Positions 1-23,400 of a stretch of DNA of 64,000 nt are shown one piece after another. Every line of letters begins with the position of its first letter. The first letter of the stretch is position 1. Under the pieces are notes generated by a model, which was given only the letters and a program-made list of their open reading frames with translations, was not told where the DNA came from and made no database searches. The position numbers were made by a program, and so were the translations under genes. The stretch lies in NCBI GenBank assembly GCA_002269645.1, contig NIVC01001715.1, forward strand, positions 156,439 to 220,438, read 5' to 3'. This stretch comes from Macrostomum lignano (Eukaryota).

Positions 1-138
1 TGGTTGCTAGGGGAAATATAATAATCATATCATAATGGTTGCTAAGTGAAATATTATCAACCCTAATGATGCTATTGGTTGCTAAGGAAGCAATACCAGT
101 CCCGATTATGTCATTGAGTGCTAGAGGAAAATTGACTT

Positions 139-526
139 GAATCTACTGGTTGCTAAGGTAAAATTGTCCTAACCCTACAGGTTGCTAAGGTAAAATTGTC
201 CTAACCCTACTACAGATTGCTAAGGTGAAATTGTCTAACCCTACAGGTTGCTAAGGTCAAATTGTCCTAACCCTACTACAGGTTGCTAAGGTCAAATTGT
301 CCTAACCCTAATACTGGTTGCTAAGGTCAAATTGTCCTAACCCTAATACTGGTTGCTACATGTAAGGTAAATTTGTCTTAACCCTACCGGTTGCTAAGGT
401 AAATTTGTCTTAACCCTACCGGTTGCTAAGGTAAATTTGTCTTAACCCTACCGGTTGCTAAGGTAAATTTGTCTTAACCCTACCGGTTGCTAAGGTAAAT
501 TTGTCTTAACCCTACCGGTTGCTAAG
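139..526. repeat. ~31-36 bp minisatellite (ggttgctaaggtaaatttgtcttaaccctacc), about 12 copies, in a TRPC4AP intron
   Basis: Tandem units are directly visible and more homogeneous toward the right end. Confidence 0.95.
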
Positions 527-573
527 GAAAGCGGCCACTAACCTCAAAATTACACAGCCTAATAAGTCCCTAC

Positions 574-2686
574 CTGAAGCAGTCCTCCAGGCCTATCGGC
601 ACCCTGATCTCCATCCGACAAAGCCAAGGTCAGAATCCGAGTAAACTGCACCAGCTGATCGTCTGTAAAGCGTTGCACTAGCGCCTCTAATTTGGGCACC
701 CGATTGAGCATAAACAAGCCGTTGGTATGCTGAAATACATCCTCTAACAGTTGGATAGAGCCGCCGTAGAGAAAGCTAACCCCGGTGCAGGTGAACAGAT
801 AGTTAACTAGATGGTCGCCTCCGGTGCCGCTAATCAGAGAATCCAGAACGGCTAAGCCCAGGTGCTGGTCACCTTGACTCCGGTGTACAATTAGCCGACA
901 GAGCAGGTCAATTAGTTGGCCTTTGCTGCGCAGCAATTGGCTCAATTCTGCAAGAAATGAAAGACATACCTGTCAATGAGCCTGTCCAGGGGCCCATACC
1001 AACAGTTTAGTGCCCGTATTAGTGTTCCTCTTAGTGTCTGTCTCAGCGTCTGTCTTATTGTCTGTCTTAATGTCTATCCAAGTGCCTGTCTTAGTGCCTG
1101 TCTTAATGTTTTAGTGTCTGTCTTAGTGCCTGTCTTAGTGTTTTAGTGTCTGTCTTAGTGCCTGTCTTAGTGTTTTAGTGTGTGCGTTAGTGTCTGTCTT
1201 AGTGCCTGTCTTAGTGTTTGTCTTAGTGTCTGTCTTCGTGTCTGTCTTAGTGTCTGTCTCGGTGTCTATCTTAGAGTCTGTCTTAGAGTCTGTCTCAGTG
1301 TCTATCTTAGAGTCTGTCTTAGAGTCTGTCTCGGTGTCTATCTTAGAGTCTGTCTTAGAGTCTGTCTCAGTGTCTATCTTAGAGTCTGTCTTAGAGTCTG
1401 TCTCAGTGTCTATCTTAGAGTCTGTCTTAGTGTCTGTCTCGGTGTCTATCTTAGAGTCTGTCTTAGTGTCTGTCTCAGTGTCTATCTTAGAGTCTGTCTT
1501 AGTTTCTGTCTCAGTGTCTATCTTAGAGTCTGTCTTAGTGCCTGTCTTTGTAGTGCCTGTTTTAGTGTCTGTCCAACTGTCCTAGCACTTTAGCAACTGT
1601 CCAAATCATCCACACCCAGTCTGCCCTGCCACTCACCCGTATCGGGGCGTTGCAAAACCACAGCATTTGAGTCCAAAGTGTCATAAACTAGAATTTGTCT
1701 AAGAAGCTGTAAAAAATCGAAAATTTAAATTTAAAACATACTATTAAAGAATCGACAGATGTACTAACTTTTTTGAACTCACCTGAACGCCGCCCTGAGC
1801 AATAAAGCTACGCAGAAGCATAGACGGACTCAAGCTAACTCCCGCATCCGGCATGCACCGTTTAGCGAAATGCTGCAAATACAGCGGCAACTGTAGGCCA
1901 CCAGGTGGCGGCGGTCTAGAAAAGCAAGCGGTCGATCGCATATCAACTAGCCAGGCCCGTTCCAGCCGTTTAATCTGGTGCGTAGCTCGCAGATCGGCCA
2001 TCAGTTGGCGAAGATTCTGCTGTTGCAATTGTTGGCGACGCCTAGACAATGCTACTACAGCCTCCGACTGGTCCTGACTGTTTGCGCCAGGATTGTACAC
2101 CATCTCTTGCAATTGATTCTGCTTCTGGTGCAGAAATGTTCGAGGAATCTGAAATTTTGTGTGTGCATAAATTTTATCACTATAAATTCATCTCCTTGCT
2201 TACGTGTTTCTATCAAAGCCACGTGGAATTTCCATGGATTACCCTGCGGAACAGTGTCTACAAATTGTGTACATGTGAGCCAATGTTCTTTCGATGGGCC
2301 TCTGCCTCATGGAATTTCCGTGGATTTTCCTGCAACAAGGGATTCCCCTGCAGCTGTGCATGAAGCATTACCACACGGAATTTCCAAGGATTTTCCTGCA
2401 ATGGGGATTCCCCTCTTAATGTACAAGCACTGGGCCCAATAGCATTTGCGCGTAATTACCTAGGCAAGAGAATGCGAATTTTCTATTTACTATTAATTTA
2501 ATTTAAAACTACTATAAGTAGTCTACGTGCTTCAGTTAAAAATATAAACTTAACGAATGCTCTTACATCTGACATTCGATTCAATCCAACTCCAAAAGTG
2601 GATCTGGAACGTAATAGAGTGGTCACGTTGACTTCAGCAGCTGGGCTAGCTTGCACGCTTCCAGCAATTCGAGAGTTGCTTCTCAT
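574..2686 (-). CDS. TRPC4AP: TRPC4AP/TRUSS-like protein, first four coding exons: 2567-2686, 1783-2148, 1637-1706, 574-947; the gene continues off the left edge
   Basis: All exons have GT-AG boundaries with compatible phases (0,0,1,0). LLEDVFQHTNGLFMLNRVPKLEALVQRFTDDQLVQFTRILTLALSD matches my recollection of the TRPC4AP motif (LIEDxL...VPNLSSLVSNFDQQQLANFCRILAVTISE). Confidence 0.75.
1020..1570. repeat. 12-bp-based minisatellite (gtgtctgtctta) with 36-bp higher-order units, intronic
   Basis: Directly visible. It produces the spurious low-complexity ORFs 1178-1585 and 1180-1593. Confidence 0.95.
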
Positions 2687-2959
2687 GATGAGCACACTAC
2701 TAAAAGCTGAATGTTCAAATTCTCGTGAGCTGACAGGCACTTAAATTGCTTTTGTAGCTGAAATTTATTATGCGAAACCATTTAACAAAACTTCTAAAAA
2801 TCATCATTTTTATCTAGATTTATTAACGAGTAGGAGGGTAACATTGATATAGACATAGATGTGCAAAGATGCTTAGATAGATTAGTGGGAAGATGCGAGG
2901 ATAGAGAGAATATATATACATATATATATATATATAAGAAGGTACGTACAAATATACGT

Positions 2960-3320
2960 GTAGGTGAGTAAATAGCTAGGAAGGTCGGTAGGCACGTGGG
3001 TTATTAGGTAGGTAGGTAAGGTAGGTAAGTAGGTAGGTAGGTGGATAGGTAGGCAGGTAGGATGGTAAGTAAGTAGATAGGTAGGAAGGTAGGTTGGTAA
3101 GTAGGTAGGTAGGTGGGTAGGTGGATAGGTAAGCAGGTAGGTAGGTGGGTAGGTAGGCAGGTAGGTAGGTAAGTAGGTAGCTTTATAGATAGGTAGGTTG
3201 GTATGTAGATAGGTACGTAGGTAAGTAGGTAGGTAGGTAGGTAGGTAGGTAGGTAGGTAGGTAGGTAAGTTAGTAGGTAGGTAGGTAGGTAGGCAAGTAG
3301 GTAGGTATGGTAGGTAGGTG
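2960..3320. repeat. Degenerate (GGTA)n microsatellite
   Basis: Directly visible. Confidence 0.95.
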
Positions 3321-4149
3321 AATTCTAGCGTATACCTAACAATCTCAATTGTATACCTCAAATGAAACTAATTCCAAACCATTTAAAGCAATCATTTTAC
3401 AGGCAGTTGCTATTATTAAACGTGTATTACTGCTGTAAATTACTACGCAATAGCTAGACAGTTGACTTGAGAATTGAAGGTGTCGGCGAAGGTAATGATT
3501 ATAAGGACTGTAAAAATGAAAATAATACCAAATAACACCGGAAATAAGCGTGCAACTGCGACTAAAAGTTGCATTAAGAAAACGAATTATAACTAGAGAA
3601 ATATTACTTAATTGGAAATAACTAGAATGACAGGATACTGTACATACAGAACATCAAACACACGGAGTCTTGGTAAAGAATAAATGACGCATAAATAACA
3701 TTTTAATATGATATTTCAATTCAAGCAATTGTCTCCATTAGAAACCATAGAGTCAACTAGTAAATGTAGAACTATTAGTAGTAGCAAAAGCATACAAAAA
3801 CATAACATACGAGAATTAGAAAAAATATGATAACAACAACAGGCATTCATAGATAGACAAGATAATTGGAACACATAAATAAGAGAATTTAAACGCGCAT
3901 ATCAGAGGCAGCACATTACAAAAGGTGATCTAGCATTAGCTCGTATCTTACCAATGTATTTTAAAGCGAAAAGTTACACCTTTTTAAAACCTTTTGCAAT
4001 TTGAACTACAGTACCCGTCTCTTGCATACTACTACTAGTAAGCATAAACGTTATTTAAGCAGAACAGAATCAGATAAAACAATTGAAGACTTGCTTTTCA
4101 TTGTCTATGACAAAAAGGGGGTGGTTTTATGGGAGGTTCAGTGAAAACA

Positions 4150-5020
4150 ATCAAAGCATGCCCATGCAATCCATTTCTTGTTGCAGACTTTCAGTCTATG
4201 GTCCAAGGCCCATACCCCCATACAATCAATTTCTAGTTGCAGACTTTTGTCTATGGTCCAAGGCCCATGCAATCAATTTCTAGTTGCAGACTTTTGTCGA
4301 TGGCCCAAGGCCCATACAATCCATTTCTAGTTGCAGACTTTTGTCTATGGTCCAAGGCCCATGCAATCAATTTCTAGTTGCCGACTTTTGTCTATGGTCC
4401 AAGGCCCATGCAATCCATTTCTAGTTGCAGACTTTTGTCGATGTTCCAAGGCCCATGCAATCCATTTCTAGTTGCAGAATTTTGTCTATGGTCCAAGGCC
4501 CATACAATCAATTTCTAGTTGCCGACTTTTGTCTATGGTCCAAGGCCCATGCAATCCATTTCTAGTTGCAGACTTTTATCGATGGTCCAAGGCCCATGCA
4601 ATCAATTTCTAGTTGCCGACTTTTGTCTATGGTCCAAGGCCAATGCAATCAATTTCTAGTTGCAGACTTTTGTCTATGGTCCAAGACCTATGCAATCAAT
4701 TTCTAGTTGCAGACTTTTGTCTATGGTCCAAGGCCAATGCAATCAATTTCTAGTTGCAGACTTTTGTCTATGATCCAAGACCTATGCAATCAATTTCTAG
4801 TTGCAGACTTTTGTCTATGGTCCAAGGCCCATGCAATCAATTTCTAGTTGCCGACTTTTGTCTATGGTCCAAGGCCCATGCAATCCATTTCTAGCTGCAG
4901 ACTTTTGTCTATGGTCCAAGGCCCATGCAATCCATTTCTAGCTGCAGACTTTTGTCGATGGTCCAAGGCCCATGCAATCCATTTCTAGTTGCAGACTTTT
5001 GTCTATGGTCCAAGGCCTAT
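4150..5020. repeat. 47-bp tandem repeat (tttctagttgcagacttttgtctatggtccaaggcccatgcaatcaa), about 18 copies
   Basis: Period of 47 measured (tctag at 4279 and 4326). No spacers. Confidence 0.95.
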
Positions 5021-5220
5021 TCTCTATGGCCGGTTAAACTGGGCCCGCACAAACAACAATGTGAAAAGGATTAATTGCGCACTCAAATTCTTACACCGGC
5101 TGCTCTACAGACCCTTTTTGGCCATAGACAATGAAAATCATTATTCTTCCGCTAAAAATTAGATCGCTTGCTCCTCGACTCAATTGGCAAAGAGAATGCT
5201 ATAACTACATGTACTAGGCA

Positions 5221-16786
<11,566 letters not shown>

Positions 16787-17404
16787 AAACAATAAGAAAG
16801 ATTTAGGTTAACTGTCGAAGCAATTCGAATAATTATTAGGCCAAAAACTGCTTTTGACGATTTATATTTTAGAGTCTAGAGTCTAGACAAGTACTGACTT
16901 TAAATGCTAATTTGAAATTCGCATAAAAACTAGTAGCTGGTTGACATTCGATAAAACTTCTGGCTTTCAAAATTTTGCAACTTCTAAGTTTTATACTAAT
17001 TCGCAAATTGTTTAGTTATTTTATTATAGAACTGAATAGATCTTAAGCAAAAAAAATTTCCTGTTACAGTTCGATGACAAATATCCCGTTTAATTTGAAA
17101 ATTGTTCATTAGAAACTTTAAAGTCTAAACAAAACAGCAATACTTTTCCTAATTTTTTGTTCTTTTCTGGTACTTTGTCCTTTTACAAAAGTAAAAAACG
17201 TTTTTTAATTAAAAATGTTGCGTAACTAATAGCTTTTCAACAGCGTTTGTAGCAGCTGATTTTATGTACATTTTCAACATCAAATGTTTGAATAAATATT
17301 CAGCTGCATTTGCTCCGACTCGTTTTTAAAATACTAAATTTCAGTCTGTTATTTCGGAAATTTTGGTCAGAACTATTTAAATTCCTTAGTAAGTCTAACT
17401 TTAA
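16787..17404. promoter_or_regulatory. Probable bidirectional promoter region between the SNF5 and RNF11 start codons (618 bp)
   Basis: Inferred from the divergent ATG positions only. No TSS data. Confidence 0.55.
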
Positions 17405-20400
17405 ATGGGTAATTTAATTCGAGCTTGTTTTTCATTCAATCAGAATCGTCGCGACAGTGACCTAGACTTGATTCCCGATCAAGATTCGTTTGAATCCAGC
17501 TCACCTGCTACAGCTGAAGCACTTTTTGTGCAGCCGAACCAAGTTGATGCACAGCCAGCTGTAAGTATTATTAGATTACATGCGTTTTTCAGAAATTTGC
17601 TTCAGTTTTCCTCTAGTTCCCCTCAGCCTCAGTCCATTAAAGTACAAAAGAGACAAAAGTCAAGAGTAGGCACATGTTGCATGCATCGTTTGATTTTCGC
17701 ACCATCATCCATGGGCATGGGATTGGTAATTTCGATATGGACCCCACAATTTAGATTGTTAATTTAGATATGGTCTTTAATGTACCTCTAAACTAAATGA
17801 TGCTGTAATGTATGCTAAGAAATCGAGAAAAATATTGTGAGAGTACGTTACAACTTACATTTTACATTAGATTTCATTTATTATACAATCTACAATTTTG
17901 TCGCGTTACATGTGATGACACCGTGACGTAGGAGCTTATATTTTCATCCGCGATTAAGTGACTTCCTTCCTACGAATTGTTTGCTTTGAAAGGCTCCGAA
18001 GCAGAAGTTAGAAATTTAGATGCAACCTGCACCTGCTTTCTCTAATGACTCATCTGAAGCCTGCAGCCCACGTACCTGCCAATTATCTGGTCTGATGGCT
18101 GATTTCGTGCGTTCAGCTTCGCCTTTTTTCTTAGCCCCGGCGTTCGAGCGCTTTTTCATTATTATTAGTGCAATGCGTCACTTACTGAATTCAGCCCGGT
18201 CAGGCCACTGAGCTATTTTTAGACGCGCATTAAACCTTCGTGCGTCAGTCAACTGCTGTTGAAGCCTTACTAATTGCCTTGATTTTCCTTTTAAAAAGCT
18301 ACTTGTTTTTGCTATATAGTTTGTCTGCTTAGAGTTTTCAAGTTTAACAGTAAAGTAACTAGTGAATGAAGTTCATTCTATTTAATTCTGTTTCAAAAGT
18401 CAATTGTGTACAAAATTAACGTAGCATTATTAATTTCGTATGCTTTCTTGAAAAAAAACGTCAACACGTCAACCTTTAATAATTAGTTCTGATTTACCCA
18501 ACCCCAGCAGCAGCAGCAGCAGCAGCAGCCGCCTCTGTACTATTTGGCACCGGGCGTTGGCCGTCGAGTTGATCAGCTGTCCGAGGAAGAACAGATTAAA
18601 ATTGCTAAACGAATCGGCCTTATCAGCCACCTGCCTGTTCGATTATTTTCTGAGGCTGCTGAGCAGGGCAAAAACTATGAGTGAGTGATGGAGCAGCAGG
18701 GAGGTTCCAGTTAGATGCTGCTATATGAGAAGGAAAATTCTGGAGAAAGAAAGTTTGATGGACATGTATGGAAGGGCGCGTTTGATGAGGATGTTTGATG
18801 GCGACGTTTGATGGAGATGTTTGATGGGGATGTTTGATGAGGATGTTTGATGGGGAAGTATGATGGGCATGTTTAATGGGGATGTTTGATGGGGGTGTTT
18901 GATATGGTTGTTTGATAGGGGCGTTTGATGGAGTTGTTTGATGAGGATGTTTGATGGGAACGTTTGATTGGCATGTTTAATGGGGATGTTTGATGGGGGT
19001 GTTTGATATGGTTGTGTAAGAGCCGAGAATTTAGGGTTAGTTTACGATGTATATTTTGATGCACGATAATTTACGAGCGATTAAATAGTCAGCGATGATA
19101 TATCGATTAAAGTGACTCACCCAACTGGGGTGGTGGGCATGTACAGAGAAGAAAGCGAGATGCAAGTACATATACTAATATAGCAGCCCCCACCCCGACG
19201 GACCAAACCAAACGCAACCCTACATCACTCTCCCCCAAGAAAAATACCTGCGATAAAAAACGGGATAAAACAAAAACAAACACAAAAAGTTCATGCAACG
19301 CGAAAAAAAGTCCCGATCAGAAAGAAAGCACGTCAACAGGTCGCCGTGTAAAAATCCGGCCGCCGACGCTGCCTGCCCGACCGGCGCACCGCGTTGTCGG
19401 GTTCAGCCGCGTCCGGGTTGCGCAGCGGCTCCCAGGCGTCCGGGCCGGCCAGCTGGCCCGCGGCGTCCTCGACGCTCTGACAGTCGTCCTCGGTGGCCGG
19501 CTTGGCTGGCGGCCTGTCGCTCAGATTCGGTCGGTCGATAAAGCGCTTCAAGCGGTCGTGGTGGACCAGCAAGCGGCGCCTGCCGTTCACAGCCTGCAGC
19601 CGGTAGTTCACAGGGCTGACCTTCTTAAGTACGATGAACGGGCCGGACCACCGGTTCGACAGCGACTTGCACTGGCCGCGCTTCATCGCATGGTGCGTCA
19701 GCATCACTCGGTCACCGGTCTTGAAGTCGGTAGTCTCTGCCCCTAGGTTGTAGAACTCGTGCTGCGATTTCTGGGCCGTGTGCAGGTGCGCCCGCACTAC
19801 CTGAAAGCCGCGCCTGATTCTCGCCTGCAGGTCCGCGCAGTCCTGCGGCTGGTCGCGCTGCCCACCGAGTGCCAAGTCGACCGGCAGTCTGGGCTCGATG
19901 CCGCGTAGCACTTTGAACGGCGACTCGCCCGTGGAGCTGTGCTCAGAGCTGTTGTAGGCCCACACGACATAGGGCAGCAGGGCGTCCCAGCTGGCCTGGT
20001 TCTCTGAGCAGAATGCGGAGAGCATGTTGCCCAGCGTCCTATTGAACCTCTCGACGTTCCCGTTGCCGCTGGGGTGGAACGGTGAGGTCCTCGATTTTTC
20101 TGCTCCGAGCAGCGCGCAGGTCTGCTTGAAAACTTCGGCCTCGAACTGGCGACCTTGGTCCGAGTGCACAACCTCCGGAACTCCGTGCCGCAGCACCACG
20201 CAGGTCACCAGAGCATCGGCTACCGTCTTGGCGTCGATCTGGCTGAGGGCCGCCGCCTCCACCCACTTTGAAAATGTGTCGACAAAGCAGATGATGTAGC
20301 GCTTGCCAGACTCGGTGACTGGCAGTGGGCCCTTGATGTCGAGCTGCATGACAGCCCACGGCTTGGCCGGTAGCGGCTGCCGCACCAGCTCAGCGCGCGC

Positions 20401-23400
20401 TCGCTTTGGCGCTCCCTTGCGTCGTTGGCAGACCAGGCAGCTCCGCACCCAGTCCCGCACGTCCTCGCGCATGTCCGGCCACCAGGAACGCTCGCGCAGA
20501 GCCCGCAGCACCCGCCGCTGTCCGAGGTGACCCGCGCTCGGCCGGTCGTGCGCCTGTTGCAGCAGCTCCGCTCTCATGTGCTGGGGGATCACCGGCAACC
20601 CGTTGTGGAGCAGTGCGCCGTCCGGTGACAGCGTCAGACAGGGCAGCAGCTTCTGGACCGACGCACTCACCGCCGCCGGAACTTGAAAGTTGGGCTGGAG
20701 CATCGCGTGCCGAACCGCGTGCAGAACCTGGTCCTGGTCCTGCTCGTCAGGCAGATTTGCGATCTGGAACTGCACCGCCGCTGCTCGGCTGAGGGTGTCT
20801 GGCACGATGTTCTCCTTGCCGGGCCGGTACAGGATTTCCAGGGGAACTCCTGAATGAGCTGTAGCCAACGTGCCAGCGACCGGTTGGCTCCTTCGCGTTG
20901 AGCAGCCCAGTGATCGGCTTGTGGTCGGTGAACACCTGGATCTTGCAGCTGTTGCTCAGGTACATGCGGAACTGCTTGAGGCTCCAAACAATCGCGAGCA
21001 GCTCCCGGTCCGTGGTGCTGTAGTTGCGCTCTGCCTTGCTCAGCGTCCGGGAAGCGTAGGCCACTGGCAGCTCCTGGCCGTCGCGCTCCTGGCTGAGCAC
21101 CGCACCCAAGGCCACAGCACTGCTGTCACAGCTGATGACGATAGGCCTGCTGAAGTCGGGCAGCTGGAGCACCGGGGCCTGGGTCAGCGCGTCCTTCAAC
21201 TTGTTCAGCACCGCATCATGCTCTGACGTCCACACGAAGCCGCCGCCTGCGCCTTTCTGAGCCAGGTGATGCAGCGGTTTGGCAATGTCAGAGAAGTTGG
21301 GCACAAACCTGCGGTAGAAGCTGAGCATGCCGATGATGCGTCGAACATCCTCCTCAGACTGCGGCTCCGGCATCCGCCTGATCGCCTCGACCTTCTCCGC
21401 GGCAGGTGCGATGCCGCTCTCAGAGACTTGGTGACCCAGGTACGTGACGCTCCGGTAGGCGAAGAAGCTCTTGCCTGGGTTCAGCTTCAGCTTGGCAGAC
21501 CGCAGTCGATGCAGCACCTTAGACAGTGACTGAACGTGGTTCTCAAAGTCCCTGTTGAAGATGATCAGGTCATCAATGTACGCGATGACCTCCTCCCAGC
21601 TCAGGCCGGTCATGATGAGCTCCATCATTCGCTGGTACGTCGCAGGCGCGTTGCACATGCCGAATCCCATTTTGCGGAATTGCATCAGGCCGCTCGGAGT
21701 GTAGAACGCTGTCAACGGCCGATCCTCCTCTCTGACCTCCACCTGAAGGAAGCCTTGGCGCATGTCGATCGTAGAGAACCATGAGCAGCCAGCCAAGGAG
21801 TCGAGCGCTTGGTGCAAATGCGGCAGCGGGTGGGCGTCCTTCACTGTGAGGTTGTTCAGCGCCCGCCAGTCAACACAGACTCGGATGTCATTATTCTTCT
21901 TTCTGACGATTATCAGGTTGCTCGCCCACGGGCTGGTGGAGGGCTCGATGACGCCGTGTTGTCGCATCTGCTCCAGCTTCTCGTCCACTTGCCTCCTGAA
22001 GGCGTGAGGCACCCGCCGAGGCCGTTGGCGAATCGGGCGAGCACCGTTGTCCAGCTCAATCTTGTGCTGCGCTGCGCTGCTCGTACCAACGTCGAACTCA
22101 TGGACTGAGACAACGTCGGCAAATGCCCTCAGCAGCATTACTAAACGGTTGCTGTCCTCCTCCGGCAGCTCCGGATTGATGTTGAACTGGTCTGCGGGGC
22201 CTCGCCACTCGTGCACGTCCTCGTCCTCGTCAATAACCTCCGCGCTCTCGAAGGTGCCGATGCTCTGGTTGGAGAACAGCGTGACCGGGCTGCAGCTGAG
22301 GTTGCACACCTGAACCGGAATCTTGCCGCTCTCTGAAGACACCGCGAACACGCGGCCGGGCAGCACCCCGATGATTCTGTCGATGAATTCCTGTGACGGC
22401 TCGAAGATGCCATGTGCCTGCTTGGTCTCGGTCGTCACGTCCACCACTTTAACTGACCTTGGCGGTACCACGACGGCGCCCTGAACTCTGGCGATGATCA
22501 CTGTGGGTACTAAGCAACAAGACAGCGGGCCATCTTGCTTGGAATCGCAGTTACTGAACGGAACCGCCTCACCATCGAATGCGACTGTCTTGGCACCCTG
22601 GTCGATGCTAAACTGCGATCTGGCCGCCTTGCTCACGAAATCCATCCCCAGGATGAAGTTTGGGCGAATCCCTCTGACCACCAGCACGTCCATTTGTCTG
22701 CGCAGCTGATGACTGAGTCGCACCGTAATGCTCACGCTTCCTAACAGCTCGAGAACGGAGCCGTCCACGGACACAGGCCTGACATCTGCCGGCTTCAGCT
22801 CGCAGCGACCGTCCAGCTCTCTCAAAGCAACGTCGCTGATCAGCGAGGTCTGCGCTCCGGTGTCCAGCAGCCAGCGGCACGGCTTGCCGTTTGCCTCTCC
22901 AGGTATAAAAATAGCATGAAGCACGGGATTGCTCCTTGGGGTTGGTGTGGGTCCCGCACCCGTTGCACCAACCCTTAAAAGTTTCCCGGAGCCTTCGATG
23001 GGCAGACAGAGGCCTTGTGCCCCCGCCCAGAGCACTTGTGGCAGATGATCGGACCCTGCTGTTTCTCTCGCTGCTGACACTGCGCTGCAGGGTGTCCGAG
23101 CTGGCCGCAGTTGAAGCAGCCGCCTCCTCGCTGTTGACGGCGACGCCGAGTGTCGGTACCCGACTGTACGCTGACCCTCGCGATGAGCTCTTCCATGCGT
23201 TTCTCTAGTCGGTCCAGGCGGTCCTCGCTTGGTTCTGCCGATGATGTAGCGCTGACGGCTCCGACTGCCGCCACCGACCGTCGCCCAGCCAGCTCCTCCA
23301 GCCGAGCCGCCCGCTGCAGCAGAGTCTCCAGGCTGCAGGTCTCTGCGTCCTCTGCCTTAAGCAGGTTGTCACGAATGTCGGCCTTGAGCAGCTGCAGAAG

